61,078 nucleotides of DNA from Saccostrea cucullata (Eukaryota): contig NW_026940900.1 in the NCBI RefSeq assembly GCF_032062105.1, forward strand, positions 62,001 through 123,078, read 5' to 3'. Shown here one piece after another: positions 36,052-53,050 of this stretch. The notes under the pieces are model-generated. The model made no database searches. It was not told the origin of the DNA and was given only the letters and a program-made list of their open reading frames with translations. Position 1 is the stretch's first letter. Each line of letters opens with the position of its first letter. The position numbers and the translations under genes are program-made.

Positions 36052-38739
36052 ATGATCACATTTTGTCCGTAGTACGTCTGTCCACCTGTAAACTTTTCAC
36101 ATTTTCAACTGCTTCTCAAGAACCACTGGGCCAATTTTAACCAAAGTTAAAATAAAGCATCCTTGGGGGATGGGGAGTTTAAATTATTAAAGTAAAGGCC
36201 CAAGTCCCCTTCCAAGGGGAGATAATCAAGAAAAGACAAAAATATGGTGGGGTCATTACAAAATCTTTTTCTCAAGAACCACTGGGCCAGGAAAGCTGAA
36301 ACTTATGTGGAAGCATCCTTGGGTAGTGTAGATATTCAATTTTTAAATCATGACCCCGGATTATAGGGTGGGGCCACAGTAGGGAATCCAAAATTTACAC
36401 ATAAATGTATAGAAAAAATCTTTACATGTAATAATCTTCTTCTCAAGAACCACTGGACCTGGAAAGCTGAAACTTATGTGGAAGCATCCTTGGGTAGTGT
36501 AGATATTAAATTTTTAAATCATGACCCCGGGGTAGGGCAGGGCCACAATAGGGAATCCAAGTTTTACATAGAAGTATTAGGAAAAATCTTTTAAGAATCT
36601 TCTTCTTAAAAACCATTGGGCCAGGAAAGCTGAAACTAATGTAGAAGCATCCTGGGGTAGTGTAGATTCTAAAGTATTAAAATCATGAAAGGCGAGGGGG
36701 TAGGGGGGCTCTATAGGTATAGCAAGAGGGAAAATCTGGTAAAGAACTGCATCACCCAAGCTACTTAGGTGAGTGATGTGGCCCATGGGCCTCTTGTTGT
36801 CCTATCTGTCTGTCTGTTTGTTTGTTTGCAAACTTTAACCTTCACCCTAACTTTTGAACCATGAAAGATAGAGACTTCGTATTTGGTATGCATACTCCAA
36901 TAATTAAGCTCTTTCAAATGAAACCAAGGTCAATGACCTTGTGACTGCATATTTGATATTTACTCATCAAGTTCTTTCAAATGATATCAAAATCAATGGC
37001 CTTGTGACTTTGACTGTGACATAAGACAGTTTTTTAAAAATTGTGTTGCCGCCGGGCGCATAGTGTTGCACAAACACATCTTGTTTCAAATTAATTTTAA
37101 GAAAATTGTATACAATTTTACATAGAATTATTTTATTTTTTCAGACTAATCAATTACAGATTTTCTAACCAATTGACATCATTCCGACCTATTAATGGTT
37201 AACTGGTTACAAACTGCCATCCCTACAATAAATCATTATCATCAAATTCACATACAGTATATTTTTGTCTGGAATGTTTTTTGACGGCTAGTTTCTAGTT
37301 CTTTAACATTATAAAGGTTAATGTATTTGTCTTTGAATTTTCAGATGTGGGATTTAACTACAGCTTTGGATAAAATGGTCAAGACTGAACAAGGTTAGAA
37401 AATGTCTGAAGTAATACAGAAAACATCTTTTATAATGTATATATCTCACAGGAATGTGGTAAATCCTACGTTATAGCTGGTGTACTTTATAAACAGAGAC
37501 CAGAAGTCCTCAGTACACCTTTACCGTGAACACAATCAAACCACTAGTGTGTTATCAATATTTTAAAGTATGTTTGGTATGTAAGATACAAGATTTACAG
37601 ATATATTTGGTTTCATTTCTTCTATTACAAAAGATTTATAGTCAAGAACAGTTTATTTCCGCAAGCGATAAATATTTTAAAAGCGTGAAGTACACTGTAC
37701 ATTGTACTGCACAATCTTGATGATCGTCAAATCATTTTAAAAAGTCTGTAATGTTTGTCTGGTTGGCCTTATGACATTTATTTACAAAATTTTCACTTAT
37801 GAGAGATCGAAAAAACACTGTCTTTCACATCTTTAAATAAATTTTTGCAAGTTTAGTTGTAAATTTGGTAAATGCAGACCTGTGAAATCATTTTAATTTG
37901 TGGGGGTCTATGTTTGTGGGCAAATTTTATTTGTTCTTGAGGAGGTTATTTCTTTAAATAGGTAACTTGAATATGGAAGATTCAATGAAAGAATACACTA
38001 GTATCCACAAAATAAAAAATCTTGGGATGTAAATTCATGGGAAAAGGATGAACTACAAAATCCACAAACATTGGTCCCCCACGAGCAGAGATGATTTCAT
38101 ATTATTTTAAACATGCACTTCTTCCAGTATACAAGATTATGTGCTACGAGCTTTCAAACTTTTCCTTTATACTTGACAGGAACAGTGAAGGATGGTGGAC
38201 CCACTGCCAAAGAACTGGTGAAACTCCTTGAACAATGTGACCTTTCTTCCTCAAGGTCACCCACCCCTTGTGTCAGCAGAACCCCCTCTGTGATTCACAT
38301 GGCCCCACCTCAGCACGGGGCAACTTCTGGTAGGAGGAATTTGTACTTTTGCAGATATTCTAGGATTTTAAAGTTGTATGGATTTTTTAAAATGAAATTT
38401 GGGATTATGGTGGGGCAAAAATTGAGGATTTGATCAGCTTCAATCATTTTTATTGTCAAACATTTTTTTCTTTATAATTTATGCAATATAAAATGGGTAA
38501 AAATCCTTTGTGAAATTAATCAGGGTATTTCACTAAGTGCTACCATTTTGACACAATGGCATAAATATTCAAGAATTTCACAAAATTTCCATTTTTTGGC
38601 AGTGCCTAATACCAGTAATATCCTTACTTTTGAAGGTCCATGGATAATGCAGACAGAAACAGAGAGTCTTGGAGAAGGGGCCACAGGAGGGGACTACATG
38701 GAAACAGTAGAAACAGACACACAGGTCACAAGAATTTGA
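12063..38739 (+). CDS. KCTD3: BTB/POZ + WD40-like protein KCTD3 / SH3KBP1-binding protein 1 homolog, ~20 coding exons
   Basis: Phase-consistent GT-AG exons: 12063-12103, 12236-12289, 22822-22867, 22959-23032, 23305-23363, 23722-23802, 24104-24212, 24524-24669, 24796-24883, 25105-25289, 26682-26797, 27302-27389, 27482-27598, 27892-28062, 28415-28570, 28794-28890, 29258-29390, 37345-37393, 38180-38329, 38603(or 38636)-38739. Motifs [88 protein letters not shown]. Homolog of both vertebrate paralogs. Confidence 0.93.
12404..12740 (+). mobile_element. Dimeric tRNA-derived SINE-like sequence (tRNA-like heads at 12429-12502 and 12642-12718)
   Basis: A box TAGCTCAGTCGGTAGAGC, CCTGA/TCAGG stem with an 8-nt loop, and B box GGTTCGAATCCC. 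A second, more decayed copy lies 213 bp downstream with the same tail (CTGCATTTTCTCCTCTC). Confidence 0.7.
12879..13836 (+). mobile_element. Non-autonomous Helentron-like element B1
   Basis: 5' AAGGTCTTCC..GGAAGACCT; 3' CGGAAGACCT, hairpin CTCGTTGC-TTT-GCAACGAG and CTAG|TT. Confidence 0.85.
13894..15892 (+). mobile_element. Non-autonomous Helentron-like element B2 (internal duplication ~14600-14920 / ~15440-15730)
   Basis: B-type termini; body homologous to B4 and B6. Confidence 0.85.
15904..16739 (+). mobile_element. Non-autonomous Helentron-like element B3
   Basis: 5' AGGTCTTCCGAC..TCGGAAGACCT; 3' GTCGGAAGACCT, CTTGTTGCT-CC-AGCAACAAG and CTAG|TT. Confidence 0.85.
17806..18992 (+). mobile_element. 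Non-autonomous Helentron-like element B4
   Basis: B-type termini, with (TTA)n after the 5' hairpin. Confidence 0.85.
18995..19762 (+). mobile_element. Non-autonomous Helentron-like element B5
   Basis: 5' AGGTCTTCCGTT..AACGGAAGACCT; 3' AACGGAAGACCT, CTCGTTGC-TT-GCAACGAG and CTAG|TT. Confidence 0.85.
19765..21359 (+). mobile_element. Non-autonomous Helentron-like element B6
   Basis: B-type termini; body homologous to B2 and B4. Confidence 0.85.
25497..26537. mobile_element. Possible non-autonomous TTAA-targeting DNA transposon (Kolobok-like) in KCTD3 intron 10
   Basis: TTAA|GGGGAGACAGGGAAC ... GTCCTGTTCCTCC|TTAA: imperfect inverted termini flanked by TTAA. Confidence 0.5.
29534..30547. mobile_element. 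Tc1/mariner-superfamily MITE nested in the hAT element
   Basis: TA|CAGTAAAACTTCTC.ACACCGGCC ... GGCCGGTTTGGAGAAGTTTCACTG|TA. Confidence 0.8.
31085..31470 (+). mobile_element. 3'-truncated non-autonomous Helentron D copy (left arm of composite)
   Basis: TT|AGCTCACCTGAGCCGAAGGCTTAAGTGAGCT, then GTCC-type microsatellite and ~2 satellite-like repeats. Homology to 36018-36796 stops at ~31470, before the terminal hairpin. Confidence 0.85.
32332..34065 (-). CDS. RING-less TRIM-like protein: two B-boxes, coiled coil and NHL-type beta-propeller, 577 aa, intronless CDS, nested antisense in KCTD3 intron 17
   Basis: C..C...[18 protein letters not shown] and CKIH...[13 protein letters not shown]....HHGH B-boxes, helical middle region, and repeats [45 protein letters not shown]. 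Acceptor TTTCAG lies directly before the ATG; candidate non-coding exon donor GTAAGT at 35663. Confidence 0.92.
34116..35404 (-). mobile_element. Decayed full-length mariner element (1289 bp) in the 5'UTR intron of the TRIM-like gene
   Basis: TA|TGAGGGCTGTTCAATAAATAAT ... ATTATTTATTGAACAGCCCTCG|TA. Minus-strand transposase remnants: KWVL (WVP-like), LHDSV (LHDNA-like), SDL*PFDLF (SPDLAPxDF-like) and GSAIFQY, broken by stops and frameshifts. Confidence 0.85.
36018..36796 (+). mobile_element. Complete non-autonomous Helentron D copy with ~156-171-bp satellite-like repeats (right arm of composite)
   Basis: TT|AGCTCACCTGAGCCGAAGGCTCAAGTGAGCT ... CTTAGGTGAG, GGCCCATGGGCC palindrome and TCTTG|TT. 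Repeats start at 36117, 36273, 36444 and 36607. Architecture matches oyster Helentron-associated elements that carry satellite DNA. Confidence 0.88.
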
Positions 38740-39391
38740 TCAGAGACTAAAAAGGAGCAGCATTTAAATGACTTTTAAAATGAGCATATTTATTGAATGA
38801 GATATTTGCACTGTAATGTTATTTTAAATGCCATTTTGTCAAGAGCATACATCATAAGCATCAATGATATGATGGCTTCATTACATTAATTTTTAGATTT
38901 TCTTACATTGTGTGTGTGATAAGTTGGTACGTCACTGTTCTTATCATTTAATCTTAACATTTTCAGTGAAAATGCAGACTTTACAATTCACTGTTTTATA
39001 GTGGATTGTAGTACAATTAATTGTTTGAATCTCGGACAGGCGTTGATGATCAAAAGAATTCCTTTTTATCCCTTTCACTGTCACTATGTGTGAAGAGATT
39101 TAGAAAAACATACAAATATGTCTCGAGGCATAATTTATTTTCTCCCCAATTTGACAATGTGATGTATCATGTCCTTATTATATGTTTCATTATTAATGAA
39201 TTCTTTGTAATATTAATAGAAATTGTTATTCCATTACAACACAAAATAAAATGTTAAAAACATTTGCATTCTTTTTAATTCATTATGCATGGAGGGCATT
39301 GCAGCAGCATGCACATGTGCTTAATTGATTTTATATCAATGTTTGTGTACATTTAAGTTTGTCAATTTGTTGTGTTAATTACTTAAGTATT

Positions 39392-40382
39392 TATAACCCC
39401 CGCAAACGAAGTTTGGGGGGGTATATAGGAATCACCTTGTCCATCTGTCTGTGCAAATGTGTCCGGTCCATATCTTTCTTACAGAGGAACATTAGAATCT
39501 GCTACTCCACAAAAGACAGCCCATGACCTAAGGGTGTGTCATGACCTTGACCCAAGGTCATTTGGGGAAGTTCAAGGTCACTGGAAGAAAAAATTCAGAA
39601 TTCGTGTCCAGTTCATATCTTTCTTATGGATAAACTTGGTAAGTTCTAATTTCACACAAAGATTGCTTATAACCTAAGGGTTTGTTATGACTTTGACCCA
39701 AGGTCATTTGGGGAAGTTCAAGGTCACTGGAAAAAAAATTTCATAATTCGTGTCCGGTCCATATCTTTCTTATGGATAAACTTGCTAGGTTCTTATGTCA
39801 CACAAAGATTCCTCCTGACCTAAGGGTGTGTCATGACCTTGAACCAAGGTCATATGGGGAAGTTCAAGGTCACTGGAAGAAAAAATTCATAATTTGTGTC
39901 CAGTCCATATCTTTCTTATGGATAAACTTGGTAGGTTCTCATTTCACACAAAGATTCCTCCTGACCTAAGGATGTGTCATGAACTTGGGTCAAGGTCATT
40001 TGGGGAAGTTCAAGGTCACTGGAAGAAAAATTTTATAATTTGTGTCCATATCTTTCTTTATTATGGAAAATCTTGAATTTACTACTTCACACAAATGTTG
40101 CTTATAACCTGAGGTTGTGTCATGACTTTAAACCAAGGTCATTTATGCCAATTCAAGGTCACTGACAGAAAAAGTTCATAATTCCTGTCTGGTTCGTATA
40201 TTTAGTCTATTTTTATTATTAGGCTGCACCTTCGTTTCATTTATAAAAAATATAATGAGCAACTACATTTGCACTAAAAATGTTTTAGCATTTCTCTCTT
40301 CTCTTAGATCCATAAAATATTCATGATTTAGCAGTTCTGAATAAACCAGCGGGGGGTATTTTGTCCCGTTTGGACAGTTCTA
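39392..40382 (+). mobile_element. Non-autonomous Helentron-like element with ~5 copies of a 146-bp repeat
   Basis: 5' TATAACCCCCGCAAACGAAGTTTGGGGGGGTATA plus microsatellite. GTCC.GT.CATATC repeats near 39461, 39606, 39752, 39898 and 40044. 3' GCGGGGGGTAT, TGTCC..GGACA and TTCTAATT. Confidence 0.8.
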
Positions 40383-41393
40383 ATTTTAAACAGAGAACTT
40401 CATTGTTAGTATCACACATATGTACTTGACTATGTATACTTTTCATCTGGTACCTCTATTAAAAGGCAGTACACTAAATCATGGTTATAGCGAACACATT
40501 TGTAATGAATTGACGCTTTATACATGGAATTTACTTTTATTCTCTATGGTTCTATTATATATTATAAATGGATACACAAATTACGTTTGTAACGAATCAA
40601 AACTGTTTGTCCCTGGCACTTCATTATATACATTTTACTGTATTTCACTAATGAGTAAATTTGCAATATTAATCCTTTTAAGGAAGCTGGGAGGTGAATG
40701 AAACCAGCAGATATAAATTCATTTTTAAGATATGATATCTCAAGCTGTTAAACATCATTTAGCAATGAAAAATTTCATACATTTTAGTTTTAAAATTTGA
40801 TTAATTTTGTGTATTTTTATATTGAGCTCTTCTTCTAAAGGAGATCAATATAGACAAAAAGCCACAACCATCCAGCCCTCTTAAATCAACTCAATGTTGT
40901 AGGAAATAAAAAAAAGACGTCATATGAAAGTTCATTTATCTCAACTGGGTCTTTGTTAACAATGAGAACATTAGACAAATTTAAATTTACAAATCAAACC
41001 AGTTACCTACAAGATACATGAATATGTAAATGCACCATGTTGAAATCAATGGTTTCGTTATCACAAAACATTTATTACAATTACACAAATGTAAAATCCA
41101 GTCTTCATAAAATTACATGTACATGCACATTGTACATCCAGTACACATTGCAAAAGAACATTTCAACATATTTCATACATGTACTTCATTAAAATATTCA
41201 CATTAAATATATGCACGAAATGAGAATGGCACATGATAAACATGTTGAAGTTCATGAAATAAGGATTGTATCTTCATTTAACAATTTTCATCCATGATGT
41301 GTGACAACAAGAGACTCGATGACTTAAAACACGGCACAATCAACGGGGAAAATCGGAGTCCACTGATTTCTCTGTTCACAATCCCCCCATGTG

Positions 41394-47682
<6,289 letters not shown>

Positions 47683-48119
47683 TTAAGTTTTACCAGTTAA
47701 TTTACAAAGAAAAAAATAAATAAACAGCTGCAACCAGGATTTTCTCTTTTATGAGAAAACCATATGTCCCTCCTTTTCAGTGGAATTTTCACGATATCTG
47801 AATCACTACGAAGTCTTCATAGTTTACAGAATATTCTTGGACATACACTCCAATAAATAAGTGGAAATTTCCTTGTTGAAAGCGCTTCTCATACGAGTAA
47901 CAAACACTTTCTGGAAAATTTATTTTCTGTTGCAATATTTTCCCCTCTCCACGTCCAACTTCCGGAATAAGCAGCTCGTACCAAAAGTAATTCGTGCTAA
48001 CGTAGGTCAAAGTAACTAAGAGGCACTTGTTTCGCACCCCCTTCTAAATAACTTGCAGTGCCCAGTTTTCGAAACAAGTGCTTTTGAAAGCAACACTAGA
48101 ATTTAAAATTGAAAGTGAA

Positions 48120-48680
48120 TCCATTCCTCCCTGTAATTAAAGATTTGGGAGTAAATAGTTTTTGCCCTGTCCGTCTGTCTGTCTGCAGAAACTTGAACCT
48201 GTCCATAACTTTTAATAGAGTAAATAGAATTATGGATTTCATATTTCAAAAGTGTATTCCTTGTGGCAAGAACTTTCTTTGGGTACCACCAAATTTGACC
48301 TCTTGACTTTGTCCTCGGAGTTAGACCATCTTTTACTACTTTAATTGGTCATAACTTTTGAACAGTTTATCAGCTTGATGCTAGGGCTTTCATACTTCAA
48401 ATTCATTGTAACAAGCCCTTTCCATGGGTATAAATATTTTTTTACATTTAACCTTGACCTTAGACTATGACCCACTTTCAAGAACCTTTGACCTCAGACA
48501 TAACTTTTGAACTGCTAGAACTAGGGCTTTCAAATTTCACTGGTGTATTCCTTGAGACAAGACTTTTCTTTTGTACCAATAATTTTGACTGATCTTGGTC
48601 GGAGTAAACTCGCATTTGAGGAATTTGAACCCTAACCATAAGTGCCATATATGGGGTTTATCAGTGTTTCACAAACACTT
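48120..48680 (+). mobile_element. Degenerate C-type non-autonomous Helentron-like element
   Basis: TAGTTTTTGCCCTGTCCGTCTGTCTGTCTG..., CATAACTTTT repeats, terminal AGTGTTT-CAC-AAACACT. Confidence 0.6.
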
Positions 48681-49086
48681 ATTATTCATTTATTTTTATT
48701 AATATTAACAACAACACAGGTTAATAAATATGTATATATACATAGGGGCTTGCATAAGATCCTAGCATCAAACTTCTTTTTATAGTACCAATTTTTTTTA
48801 TTAAAGTATTTCTTTGCTTCCCTCAGAGGGGGGGGGGGGGTCTGCTTTTAAATGAAACCAATACATATTCTGAGCTCACTTCCTTCAAACTTCACTATAA
48901 ACATCAAAGAAAATATATTTTTACAATAATTTATGTACAGACTCACTCAAATGGTTATAAAAAATAGAACATTATGAATCTTTTTAATGCTTCATATGAA
49001 TGCATATTTACAGTTATCCCCAACTTAATCCATTTTTCAATACATATCCAAAACATTACATTAACAGAACACATTCAAATACTTTA

Positions 49087-51827
49087 TCATTTCAAGTACT
49101 TCATGCAGTCATGTAGAATGTCAATTCCATGAAGTTCCCGTAGTCTTTCTAAATGCCTCTTATCACCCTGAGCAAGCTTAGCTATAAGAATGGCACAATT
49201 TTGCTGGAGACCAGACTTCTTTCCATCTCGCGCCAAAACCAAGAGGTCCTTAATGATATCAGTCTTTGCTAGGGCTGCACAAACTTTGGGCACCTGGGTG
49301 CAGTGGCTGAGGCACAGAGCAGCATTTCCTATCACAGTCTCATCCTCACATTGCAGTTGTTTTATCAGAGTCCCCAATCCTTTGTGGTCCACCACGAAAA
49401 TTCGGGCATGGTCATTTATCTGAGTGCAGCCAGTAAGGGCCTTCAGGGCAAACTTCCTATTGGCCGATTCTTCGTCGTTCTTCAAAATGAACACCAAGAC
49501 CTCCACCCCTACGTTGTCACAAAACCAGTCCACTGATGGAATGGAGTAGGGTAAGATGTGGCTGAGAATGCCTAGGCTGCGAGATACCATCAACTTGTAG
49601 TGTTTCAGCGATTGACAGATCATGAGGCACTGTTTGCAAATGGGAAGACTAAACTCCTTAAAGTTCATACTAGTTTGTTCATGGGTCAAATTAGATATGA
49701 GGCCTAAGCAAGCTTCCACAAGCTCCACACTGATAGGTTGAGGTAATTTTTGTTTGTGGTTAGAAACAGTGTCTAAAAGGATTTTCCAGAGATCTTTCCT
49801 GTCGGAAATCTTTTTCCTGATGACAACATCAGTGGAGAGGTTGGTGATTGTGGAGACACAGGAGGGTAGAACGGACTGTTTACTAGATCCCTCCTTCAAA
49901 AGATTTTCAAAAGCCGGTATGACACTTATTTCAATTTTATCTCTTAGTTGCTGCTTAAACTTGTTGTCAAGGGCCAGATTGTTCAGAACACATCCTGCGG
50001 TTAATGCAGCATCATCATTTGCTCTGATCAAGTTGAACACAATGGTAAGTAATCTGGAAATGTCAAACTTTTGAAACACCAATGATCGTCCAATAACAGA
50101 TATCGTCACTGTGTGAAGAATCTTCACACAACTGGATTTAAGAACACGACCTAGACCTTTCATTTTCACTTCCATGAACCTCATCAGTTTGTCAGGCATC
50201 CCTTCGATACACAAGAAAACTTCCTGATTCTTCTCATTATCTTCACAAGCCAAACTGAACATGCACAATCCGGAGTTCAACATATCTAATTCCTCCTTTG
50301 ACAGACTCTTTGGTGAAGCAGAAAAACATTTAGAGAAGCATGGATGTTCATTAACAATTTGGAATCCTCCCTCTGTTCTAAAGAGAGTCCGTTCTTCATT
50401 GTTTTTCAGGAAATTTTGCATTATTTGAAATCCTCCACTGTAGTAAATAGGAAGCTGGTCTTTCTTCTGGAGTTGCTGAAGTAAAGCTACAGGGCCTTTA
50501 TCACCTGCCTGAAAAGCCTCCTTTGCCTTATCTTCCTCCTGCTGTGTCCGTTCCGCCCTATCAACTTCTGCCAAGTAGTCGTTGATCAGGTTTTGTTTGG
50601 TTGGGTCACATTCAAGAGCTTTCTTGTAAGCCTCTCTTGCTTCCTTGTATTTCCTAAGACCAAGATTAGCCTTTCCCATCAGAACATGGGCTTTCATGCT
50701 GTTGTTAAAAACCCTTATTGCCCAATCACAGTCAACAAGAGCATCTTCATATCTACCTAATTTAATGTTAGTCTGTGCCTTATTGGTCCATAAAGCGAGA
50801 TGATCTTTAATATGCGTCAGTCCCTCTGTATAGAACTCTAGTGCTTTCTCATAATTCCCCTGTCGGAATTCTTCATTTCCTTTCTCTTTCAACTCATTAG
50901 CCTTCTTCTCACCAACTTTTCTCCTTTCTGCCCTCTCTCTTGCATCTGCTTCCATGGCTGCCATAAAACCTAGTTGATCTGGTGGTGCCATTGGCTGGGG
51001 ACCACTGGGAGGTGGTGCTGTGGAGGGGGACTTGTTGATTACAGTTTTACTGAATCCCGTTTTGGTGGAGGGTAAGGGTTCCTTAGATTCCTCCTCCTCA
51101 TCTTCTGTCTGGTTCAACTTCTCATTTAGCTGTGCTTGGTTTTTGGCAATTATTTCATCAGCTTTCTGCATAGCTTGTTTGACATCCTTATCTTCTCCAT
51201 ACTTGAGAGTTTTCACCTGAACAGAAAATATATATATTTTACATTTGTTTTCAATTGATTGATTAAAAAATATGCTTATTCCATATTTTTCTGTGGTTTA
51301 CTTAGCATTCACCCATCTTGCAATTATCTACCTTACAACTTTTCATCAAAATTTTCAAAAATGAAAACTAAAACAGACTTGAGGCTCTCAATGTCCAAAT
51401 CCAATTTAAACATTACTGTCGGCAGGGGAAGCTCACACCTCCATGGCACCTGATCCCACCTCTGATGTTTCAGAGGTCCGTGTTTCACAGTTTGCTTTGT
51501 TCCTATTTCATTTTTTTTTTTGTTTTATGGACAGTCTTTTGATCTTGAATACTGTTCGTTATCTCCATATGTTTCATTAAATTCATTACACTGGGACCAA
51601 ATATCTAATACTTGTACTTGCAAACACAAGCATTCTAGAAATTTCCTCGCTAGGTCACAACCTCACAATCAGAAGCCGAGAAGGTCAGTCGATGGATTCG
51701 ACAGACATTAAAAAATAAATTAGGTATGTAAGAAATCTGTATTTCGTACCAAAGTCTCAATTTCATCCACTTTGTTGATGAATTCATCCAATTTCTTTGA
51801 ATCTTTCGTTATATCGTCGCCCGCCAT
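49087..51827 (-). CDS. TTC12: Tetratricopeptide repeat protein 12 (TPR + armadillo-like repeats), 735 aa, two coding exons (51827-51750, 51216-49087)
   Basis: MAGDDITKDSKKLDEFINKVDEIETL|VKTLK joins in phase 0. FMAAMEADARERAERR, LKEKGNEEFRQGNY, WTNKAQ, ALVDCDWA, GNAALCL and HLERLRELHGIDIL match TTC12. Confidence 0.92.
51415..51570 (+). mobile_element. Fragment of a SINE/LINE-tail-like interspersed repeat in the TTC12 intron
   Basis: GTCGGCAGGGGAAGCTCACACCTCCATGGCACCTGATCCCACCTCTG...GGTCCGTGTTT resembles a common bivalve repeat. Recognised from memory, not verified. Confidence 0.4.
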
Positions 51828-52593
51828 GTTGACGCTTTTCTCTGGCAACCACACACACCTGTTTCCGGTATTAGGTTGTACGTAAAATTAACGGAAACCG
51901 AAGTGCGAGCTCGATCAGAAATTTTTTTTTAATGTTGCAGATTTCATTTCATAGCATAAGATATGTCAGAAAGGACAATAATCAAGCTCAAAATCCATTG
52001 TCTATTTGAAACAATAGAATATGGGAACAGAATTAACGTAGACTTTTTAAAAACATCAGTCAGAGTGAGACATGGGCTCAAGTATTATCATGAGCATAGC
52101 CTGTGTGTTCCTAGTCATGGTCGGGCTGATGAAAAAATCATTCTAAAATATTTAAGAAAAATGTCAGAAGTCAACATTCAACTTGAACAATGCATTTGCT
52201 GAATAGATCATTTACCGTGGAATATGCGAGATATCCCAATTTCATCAACTTATTTGTCAGGAGCTTGCCTCATTTTGAAAGTGATCGTACGTTCATTTTT
52301 TTCAATTTCAGTTTACTGATTCACCAAACATGTTGGCATACAATTATGCTACATACAGTGTGTTTTCACATTACTGGTAAACTGAAGTACATACATATAT
52401 GCAAACTTGTGTACAGATCAGATTGTGTGAAGTCAGCTATGTTTACAACTTTAAGTTTATATACATAATCATTATACAACCTGAACAGTTTAATATGGAC
52501 AGAAATGAACTGATTAAGGCAATTGTTATATATTATTGTACTCTATTTTTAGGACGCTATTCAAAATATTCATGTAAAAATTAGCATAAGTAG

Positions 52594-52981
52594 TTATGAT
52601 AGCCTTAAATTCTAGAATGAACTGCAATGTCATGATTGTCAGGATTACATATTACTTTATAATGATTTTCTTTACACCAGTGTGTTGTGCGTCTTGTAGA
52701 AAATGAAATACTTTTCATATAATTAAGACTGTCCTAAATATAAAGATTTGCCAAAAAAGTATTATCCAATGAACATTTCATTTTCTACAACAGTTTTATA
52801 ATATACAATAGTAACAAAAAGTAGGTACTAGGTAGAACATGCTCTTACTGCATCAAGTTGGAGACAAAAACTCAGACGAGGTAGCAAATCCAAAAAGAAC
52901 AACCCCCCCCCCCCCCCCTCCCCTAGAATCACTGTACCTGACAAGAAGAATATATATGCTAGTAATGATAAATTTATGTGG

Positions 52982-53050
<69 letters not shown>

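Larger units (their letters stand above)
31041..37085 (+). mobile_element. Non-autonomous Helentron-like element C, split into 31041-31084 and 36797-37085
   Basis: 5' TTTTATGTGCCCGG..CTGGTGCGTATATTGTTTTT resumes as GTCCTATCTGTCTGTCTG at 36799. 3' CCGGGCGCATA (inverse of the 5' end), then GTGTTG-CA-CAAACAC and TCTTG|TT. A related uninterrupted element is at ~48120-48680. Confidence 0.7.
29405..37225. mobile_element. Non-autonomous hAT-family element with nested insertions
   Basis: TIR TAGGGATGGCA / TGCCATCCCTA (Ac-like). Perfect 8-bp direct repeat CAATAAAT at 29397-29404 and 37226-37233. Subterminal GTTAAC/GGTTAA motifs at both ends. Confidence 0.88.

Noticed and set aside
39459-40076. Repeated short ORFs (VCHDLDPRSFGEVQGHWKK)
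   Set aside because: Translations of the 146-bp tandem repeat.
49190-51220. Plus-strand ORFs overlapping TTC12 (and similar ones over TAMM41 and the TRIM-like gene)
   Set aside because: Antisense shadows of real coding sequence, with no independent features.
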